Assembly (NCBI RefSeq): GCF_016433145.1
Contig: NC_058135.1
Span: 165,452,582 to 165,516,581 of the forward strand
Direction of reading: 5' to 3'
Source of the DNA: Gracilinanus agilis
Taxonomy: Eukaryota
Length of the DNA stretch: 64,000 nt
Both the position numbers and the translations under genes were made by a program. Positions 51,001-59,990 of the stretch are shown here, one piece after another; the first letter of the stretch is position 1, and every line of letters begins with the position of its first letter. The notes beneath the pieces are model-generated. The model was given only the letters and a program-made list of their open reading frames with translations. It made no database searches and was not told the origin of the DNA.

Positions 51001-54000
51001 TAAAACTTACTACATGTTCAAGTGGGTTACTGTGGAATATTTTCTGAATGCCTTTAAAAATAGCTCAGATTCCCATCTGTCTGGGGTGGTTGAGGCCAGT
51101 GAATCAACTCTGAAATCTTTCCTTTCCCCACAACTTTGTTCTTTCCGCCAAGGAATTTGATCATGTTTTTTATGCCCCGTTTTTACCAGTAAACAATCAA
51201 ACCTACCTGTTCCTTCATAGATACATGCTTTCACAAGCCTCTAGAATTAGACCTTTGGCAATTTTAGAACCAAACATAAGGGCTCGAGGGAAGCATTTGA
51301 GGCAGTGTGATCAGTTAGAAAATCTTGTGGTCTGTAGAAAATGTGGTCAGATTAGAGAAAGTCTGACTGGAGTCAGAAGATTTGGATTCAATTCCTGCTT
51401 CTTAGTGTCTGACATTGGGCCAGGCAGTTCATCTAGGAGAGCCTTGCTTCTCTCAGCTACAAAATAAAGCAGTTGGATTAGGTGACCTCTAATAATATCC
51501 CTTTCTGAAGGTGCTAAATCTATCTCTGTTCCTAAAATCCTTCAGGAGGAGGAGTCAGGAAGTAAACTGGAAATTCCCAGTTCATCCTCCATATAGTGTG
51601 GCCACCAAACTACTGAAGAACTCTACAAATTTCTTGGCACTTTCCACACAGCCCCACTTGAAAGAGATTAGCTTTAAGCTAGATGGGGAGACATTTCGGT
51701 TTTGTGTTTTATTTCCACTCATTTTTTGGAGTTTATTGAGACTTCTTTATATAAGGAACTTGAAAAGTCTGCCTTGTTATTATCATATCCATACCTTTTC
51801 TAAACTGATAATCTCATGATTAAAAAAAATCAGTATAAAAATAAACAAGAAATTTTTAGAAAATCAATATGTGGAGTTGGAGCTCATCTGTTCTCCACAG
51901 TATTTAAAATAGCTCATTTTGGCAATGCTTTCATAGACCATTCTTCATTAAGGATTAGGGAGTGGTATAGAGGGACAGGCTTGGGGATGAGAGGTCCCAG
52001 GTTCAAATCTGGCCTCAGATAGTTCCTAGCTCTGTGACCTTGGGCAAGCCACTTAACCTCGATTATCTATCCCTTACTGTTCTTCTGCCTTGAAACTGGT
52101 ACTTATTATTGATTCTAAAATAGAAGGTAAGAGTTTAGGGGGAAAAAAGAAGCAAGGAGCTTTTTATTCCTTATTGGTCACCCTCCTAGCTAATATTTTT
52201 TGGGAAGCACTAATAGATACTGTGGAATGAAGGCTCCTAAATATATTTGGTCTTATTCATTCATTCTTTTTTTTTTTCAAAAAACCATGTGTTGTTCTTC
52301 TTAAGTGTTTAGCCAGGCATGGAAGGCTAGATTGTCTGGGGGAAGAGGAATGAAGGGGAAAGACATAGATGGAACAAAAGAGTTTTCATAGTTCCAGAGG
52401 TGATCATTATAGACTCAAGGAATACAAGATGACAAGTCCCATTCGGTGACAGAGAACAGAAAAAGGATTGTATGTGAAATTATAAATCTCTTTTTTTATA
52501 GCTTGCTTTTCCTTTTAAATACATAATCAATTATACATGTCATTTTTAAAGCTGTCTCACCTTTTTAAATTTTTCTTCTGGCTTTTTTTTCAATTAATAA
52601 GCATTTATTTTCTCTCCTTTTTACCTCTTTTCATAATTAGTACTCTGGAATAATAGATCAGAGTTCCTAAATCATTCAAAGTTGTTCAATTTTACAAGAT
52701 TGCTGTTATTTTATAAATTGTACCCTTCAAATAATGATTACTTACACAATTTTTCAAAAGTAATTCATAAAGAAAGCTTGCAGAGCATTTTCTTCTATTT
52801 CATCAGGCTTCAGAACAATCCACTGAGGTATTTATTAGCCTCTTTTTACATAGAGGGAAACTGAGACCCAGAGAGATTAAGTGAGGTGGCCATTGGTATT
52901 TTTAAACTCAGGACTTCCTGATTCTGAATCAATCACTTTGCAAACCATAAGCAACAAGTCTCACAAACCTTCTGATAGCTGCTTTCCATAAGTGGCTTCA
53001 TTATTTGCAGTACATGTTCTGTGTGCTGTGTTCAGTAGGCAGAAGGTATTTTAACTGAAGAGTGGAATCAAGAGATGAGACTTAATAACTGGATGATCCA
53101 AGGATAGCCTCGATCTTAATTGTTCTGGACTTTGGTTTCCTTATTTTAAAATAGGGCTAAAAATACTCTCATTAATTTCCTCACAGCGTTGTTGTGAGGG
53201 GAGTAATGTTTAAATCAGAAAGTGCTCAAAAATATGAATTTTATTAGATTAATACTATATAATATGCCCCAGATTTTGAACAGATTGTAAAATGAACAGA
53301 GATGTCTAGACCAGATTGGGAAACCATATTATTCTTGCCCTGGCACTTTCTACCTTGCCGAGAGGCGGTATTCAGAAAGTTTATTTGTAAGTTGTTTGGT
53401 TCGACTTGTAGCACCTTTTGCACCTGAAACATTGCATTAAATATTTAGGTCACAAAAGCATATTTAATCTAGAATATAGCAGAACTATGTTACTAGTGGC
53501 ATTGGTCTCTCCTGAAGTCTGGGTTCCAGAAGCGAGGATCCAGGTGGGTAGTCCTAAATATCTCTTTTCTCCACTTCCCTACCCACAAACAAGGAATACA
53601 CAGAAAAGGAGTGGTGGGAGGGATGGGAGAAAGGCAGCAGAAGCTGAAGGTATATATGATGTTCTGCATCTGTAGTCCCCAAGCCTTGCAGGAAAAGGAG
53701 GCAGGGAGGGAGAGCATTTGTCTCTTCTTCGGTAATCCAAAGACGGGAATCCAACTTGATCTTTACAGTTTTGCAGTATTCAGCTTTGTTCTTCTACCCA
53801 ATTTGTTGTTGTCATGGATAAGAGCTCTGGGTGTGAAGTCAGGAAGATCTAAGTTCAAATCTAGGCTCAGACATTTTTACTAAACTGTCTGACCCTGAGC
53901 AAATCTGTTTGTCTCCATTTCCTCTTCTGCAAATGGGAATAATAATAGCACCTCCCTCCCAGGGTTGTCTTGAGGATCAAATGAGATGATCACTGTAAAA

Positions 54001-57000
54001 TGTTTAGCACCATGCCTATCCTACAGTATATAAATGTTAACTATTATTACTATTATTATGTATGATGTTTTTCTGGCTTGACTTACTTCCCTTTGACATC
54101 ATCAATTCATACAAAGTGAAGCATTATCTCTAAAAATGTTTTTCTTTTTTATTTTGATCTTAACGAACATGAACATTTTAATAAAATTAAAAAAGAAAGG
54201 TAGGTTCCATATGACACTGCGGCATTCTCTTGTGGATGATTTTAAGAGAGTATATTAAATTTAACGTGATAGTAACAAGATCTCCATGTTTGTGTCTTCT
54301 TAAAGATGCTAAATAGTATTGTCAGTAGCCTCAAAATAACTGTCCCAGTAATTCACATAATGACTTAAGAACTGTTTTAAGGAGCTTTGAAAACAGAAGC
54401 CTGGAGAAGGCATACCAAGTAGCACAGGAATATTATTCTTATGTATCTGTTTGATCTTCCATTATATGTCCAATCTGTTGATCAATGAAGTTTTCTGTAC
54501 CAACTTGGGCTTGTAGCTCTGGGACCATTCAATTATTCCTTGTTTGAAATTTTTCTTTCTGGTGAAATTAAAGCCAAAACAATGGAAGTACCTGTTCTCT
54601 GAACATTATCTCCAGACTTCAAATGAAAGAAGTCAGAGTCTTCAACTTTTTATTTTTGTCAAAAGTCGGCTGCTTTTCTTTGTTTTGCATTCAGATGACA
54701 AATGTGTGCTACAAAGAATTTTGCAGCGCAACATAGGAAATGTCTTTGGTCAAGTAAACAAAATATATTCTGGTTCCTTTTAAAAATGAGATTATGTTTC
54801 TCTACAGAGACTTCAGTAACACTGAGACCCTGTGTAGTGAACAGAAATACTACTGTGAAACTTGCTGCAGTAAACAGGAGGCCCAGAAAAGGTGAGTAGA
54901 AAATTCAGATGTACATTAGAGACAGAGGATGTGGGTCCTCATCCAATACAGACTGGGAATGGTGTGCCGGAGTGGGAAGGGAGCAGGGAACCCACATCCT
55001 TAGACATGGAGGTGGTAGGTGGCAGGGTTTGGAGAATTTCAAATTTAGAAGTGATTTGAAAGTCACTTATACCAATTTCTGCCTGATGCAGAAAACCCTT
55101 CTATAATATTCTCAACAAATGGAGATGTCGAACTTCTGTTTGGCTTTTTTCTTTGAGAGAAGCCCCAAACATCCTGCCCCATTTTTGTAAAGCTCTAATT
55201 ATTAGAAAATTCTTTCTTATGTTGAGCCAAAGTCTTCTTCTATATAATGCTTAACTATTGATCCTGTACTTCCCCTCTTGAACATTTTAGAATGTTTGAT
55301 CCCATTTCAGCATGACAGCCCTTCAAACGTTTCAAGTGAGTTTCAAACTCACCCCACACTCCCTACTCAAATCTTTTCTCCAGGTTTACCGCCCCATTTT
55401 CTTCAACCAATCACATTCTTGCATGGTTACAGAGTAGTTTTAAGTCGCCTTTCTCTGAATATATCTTGCAAAAATGTGGTGCTCAGAAATGGTCTGAGCA
55501 ATTGGATTATTATGTCTCTTTTTCTGGACACTGTAAATGCTGAGTAAGATCATTAAGTCCTACTCCGATCTCTCATCCTGGCTTGGAAGCAACCCTGACC
55601 CCTCAGAGTCAGGCAGTTTCTAACAAGCCAGTGAGTCCATTGAGCGTCCAATGTCAAAGGATGCGCCTTATGATATTTAGAGGCAGCTGCCATGTCACAT
55701 TCTCTACTTTTGTGGAACTTGTAGTCAATGAAAATCCTTGGGTCTTTCTAACATGACCTTCTGTCAAGCCATTTCTTCCCACTGAAGGTAACCATTCTAT
55801 TCTCTATATCTTTGGTACCCAAGACCTTATCCCACACTTGAATACTTCAGGCATCTGGGAATTTATAAGTCTGAGTATTTACTCCAGTAATGCAGACTGC
55901 AAACCCACTGTGACTTAGTAGATGGTCCTTGAGAGTTGTTACCTGAATATTCACGACCTTGCTGCCAACCGGGTGATGAACCTCTGCAAACTTACCTAAA
56001 GTAGACCTTGGATAGCAATGTACAGTTCTTTACGTGGCTTGTACTTGAAACCTTTACAGCTTTTTAGAATTTTCTAGAGGTTCTGCTCCATAACTTTGGA
56101 AACCAGTGGTCATCTGGACACCATGATGAGGCATAAGAAGAGGACTTTATTACAGATACTATTTCTTTCTCTATTAAAAATATCATATTTAAATCAGCAT
56201 GATAGGCAAGTAAGTGAGAAATAAGAGAAATACTTTGATGTCCTTCACATTTTGTGCAGTCATATGCAGGTCTAATTTGTAGTTTGTCATCAGTCCCTCC
56301 ACTTCCTTACTTCTTATTCACTTCTCAGCTCCTTGCAAGTTAACTTTGAATTCCACTGTTTGACCAATGCTTTTCTTTCTGAGGTTACTAATAATCCCTT
56401 AGTTGCCAAATTCGTGACTTTTTCTCACTCATCCTGTTTTTCACTGTTGACTACCCACTACTGGATAATCTTTTTACTTTGAGTTTTTATTACACTGTTC
56501 TCTCCCACCTGTGTGAACAGTTCTATTAGATCTCCTTTTCTGTATCATCATTTACATTACAAATCTCATGTACCAATTAGTTGAACTCATGGGAGATCAT
56601 GAAGTTACTAAGAGAAGAGAGCCCAGAACCAATTCCTAGAACGTACTCTCACTTAATGGTTGGGAGATAGATAGATGATGGTCCAGCAAAAGAGACTAGG
56701 TCAGATAGTATTCAAGTAGGTCAGGTAGAATAAGAACTGAGAAATAAGAGATTTTTAACTGAATGAGTTGGAGAATTTCTTGAACTTTCCACTTTATTTT
56801 GCTATGACAGGTGAAAATGTTACTTATCCAGGTTTGGTTTATCCAAACTAGTTTTGTCATGGCACATTTTGGACCTCTATATTCGTTTCTTCTTCCATTA
56901 CTTCTGGTTCATCTACAAAACCTTTAGTTGGTATATTACTTGAGCACCCAAGTGATTTTTACTATTATCCTGAGAAAATAATAACTTAGAAAGCAAATTC

Positions 57001-59949
57001 TGCCAGAGCCACATTAGTGCCATTAGAGGCATACCCTCTTTTAACTCTAGGGTAGAAACAAGACTCACTCTTCCAGTTGGCCTAGTTTCAGTCTTCATCA
57101 CTGACATTGCCAGCACAATACATACTAAGACTTCATTAAAAGGAAACTAGCACTGGTTATTATTTTAGGGAGATATATAATTTATTTGAGACAGTTGGAG
57201 CCTCCTTTATTCTCTCAACTCTTCTTGCCCCAGCCTCGAGGAGGGAGGCATTAGAATGCAATGAAAAAGAACCATGGATTTGAAATGAAAGGACCTGGGT
57301 TTCATTACCTGTGTGACCTGGGGCAAGTCGCTTCACCAAACTGGGTCTCAGTTTCCTCAACTGTAAAATAAGGAGGTTAAGTAGATGCCTTCTAAGACCT
57401 CTAAGTCTATGATCTTATTTTGGCCATGCCTTCTCTAGAGCAGAACATATGACTCTCTCCTTTAATTCAATTATTCTGATCTGTTGTGGGCAGGGAAACC
57501 AGATAACTAAGTCTGTAAGACCTGAATCCTGAATGGGTCCTGTTTATTAAGGTTGTGAATTATATTTAATGAACAGATTGTGCCAACCGTCTTGGCTGCT
57601 CGGAGGATTCTTTTCAGCCATGTTCTAGATAGTTGCGGTGATATCTAGCTAAGTGAGGTGGTATTTCATACATTTTTTATTTGAGTACCTGCTTTTTTAG
57701 GTTGCCAGGGCTATGTCTGCCCTCCTTGAGCCAGTACAGAAAATAAAATGTGCTCTTTTCCCCAAAAAAGGATGAGGCTTAACAATTTACTTATGATTTC
57801 CTAGGATGAGAGTAAAAAAGCTTCCAATGATCCTGGCATTACACCTTAAGAGGTTCAAATATATGGAACAACTCCACAGATATACGAAGCTCTCCTACCG
57901 TGTGGTGTTCCCGTTGGAGCTACGTCTGTTCAACACATCCAGTGATGCAGTGAACTTGGACCGCATGTACGACTTGGTGGCTGTAGTAGTACACTGTGGC
58001 AGGTAAAGGGCAGAATCACTGTCTGTTAAAGGTCATTATTTGTTTTTTGAAAGGCTGTTAATCCACAGTCAAGGGAAATTCTGAATGGAACTTGTAGAAA
58101 ACCACTGACCAACACAGAAAAGGTTGGTTCCTGTTTTCATAGAGAGCTGTTAGATTGTGAGGAGTTTGTTCCACCAGGAAAGCCCAGTGGGCGATTACAT
58201 CTTTATTCTTCAAGATAACAAAAATCTAGGAAAATTAAAAATAGTAATTCACTACTAATTTTCTTAGATAGGTTTGGTTTTAGCTCATTTTCTTTGACCT
58301 GGAAAAGTATATGCTAAAAGTATATGCTAAAAAAACATTTTAAAAGAATATGCCGTCATTTCTGGTGGTCTCATCACGAGTACAAGAATCTCAGTTTTTA
58401 GAGCATCTGCAAACAAGTAGTACAGTAAATTAATGCCAAATGAATTAATGTCAAATGAATTTAGCTAAGACACTCCCACATATGACTTGTCTAATAAATT
58501 TTTTTGACATGCTACTGACAGATGTAAGCTATACCTACATTTATATTCTCACTATAAGTGAAAAAAGACACAAAGAAATTGTCACTAAATTGAAAGACTG
58601 AGAGAAAACTGGAAAAAAAGGAAATCGTTATCACAACAAGTAGCCCCCAAACATCCTTGGCCGGCCAACATTATATGGGCTTTTCTAGCAGAGAGACATG
58701 ATGCCTAAGGATGCTAACAGTTTTGAGCATTGGTTCTTCACTCAGAGTCCACAAAACCAGTTTCAGGAAGTCTGTGAACTTGGATGGGAAAAAATAATAC
58801 ATCTTTATTTTCACTAACCTCTAAGTGCTATTTAGCATTTTCCTTCAATTATGAATGTAGGCAGGAGATCACAGTAGTATTGGATTTCACTAGACTGGCA
58901 GAGAGGTCCATAATACAAAAAACGTAAAAGTATTCGGTAATAGAGTGTATGCTCTTCTTTAAAACATTGCAGAGGAGATCAACAGAAGACTACGAACATT
59001 ATAATTTCACAAAACAGAAAAAGTGGTTGATCATGATGAACCTAGGGAGAGTTTGGAAGACAGCCAGCTTGACCAGATACTACAGAGAGTACTGAGGGTC
59101 AGAACTGGAAGGAACACAACAGAGAGACCAAAATGGAAGAGATCCATTTGTGGTTTTGTGATATATTTTCATCAACAATAACTGGGTTATTATTGAGGTC
59201 TCTTTTAGCTCTGAGATTCTATAATATTGAAAACACCAAATTTGGACTCATCATCTCAGTATTAAAGGTATTATCTGAAGGAGAAGTAATGACAGCTTCA
59301 TCTTAAGATTCATACCATAACAGTTCTTTGCTAGTTACCCCATTTTCCATTAAATCTAAGTTTTTGGAAACTTCATAAATTCCTAAGGAATTGTCCTTGG
59401 CCAGTGATTTCAGTCTAGGGGGCTCCAGGAGTTAGCTGGATCATTGGTTCTCTAGAGGAATGTTATTAAAATCAAAGGTCTTTTGAAGACATCAGAGGGG
59501 ACCCCTAAGTCTCATTGTACTCTCCTAGGAGGTGTATAATCCCATGTGATTTTGAACAAACCCAGGGGAAATGGAGCTTTCCAATTTAGACAGTGCATCC
59601 AAAATTAAATCAAGGCTTTTCACTTGTACAGATCTAGTAAAACCGTATAATAGTCATACAGAAATAGAAGCCTGAGACAGGAAAAAATTGTTCTTCCAAT
59701 CACAACTAATTCTTTCTTCTTTTCTTTTCAGTGGACCTAATCGTGGGCATTATATTACCATTGTGAAGAGTCATGGGTTCTGGCTCCTATTTGATGATGA
59801 CATTGTAGAGGTCAGTATGATGATTATTATGGTAGTGCAGTTTTTCTCTCTGTCTCTCCGTGTATGTGTATGTCTCTCCTTGCCTCTCTTCCCCCCGCCC
59901 TTGTCTCTCTCTCTCTCTTGTGTCTGTCTCTCTCTCTCTCTCTCTCTTG

Positions 59950-59990
<41 letters not shown>

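Noticed and set aside
58303-58465. Short 13-bp tandem duplications (aaaagtatatgct x2; aaatgaattaatg-like x2-3)
   Set aside because: Ordinary slippage duplications; no spacer structure, not CRISPR-like.
59033-59096. Possible C/D snoRNA (ATGATGA...CTGA, 64 nt) in intron 7
   Set aside because: Terminal stem only forms out of K-turn register, no clear C'/D' boxes, and the guide is not recognisably complementary to rRNA or snRNA. snoscan/Infernal would settle it.
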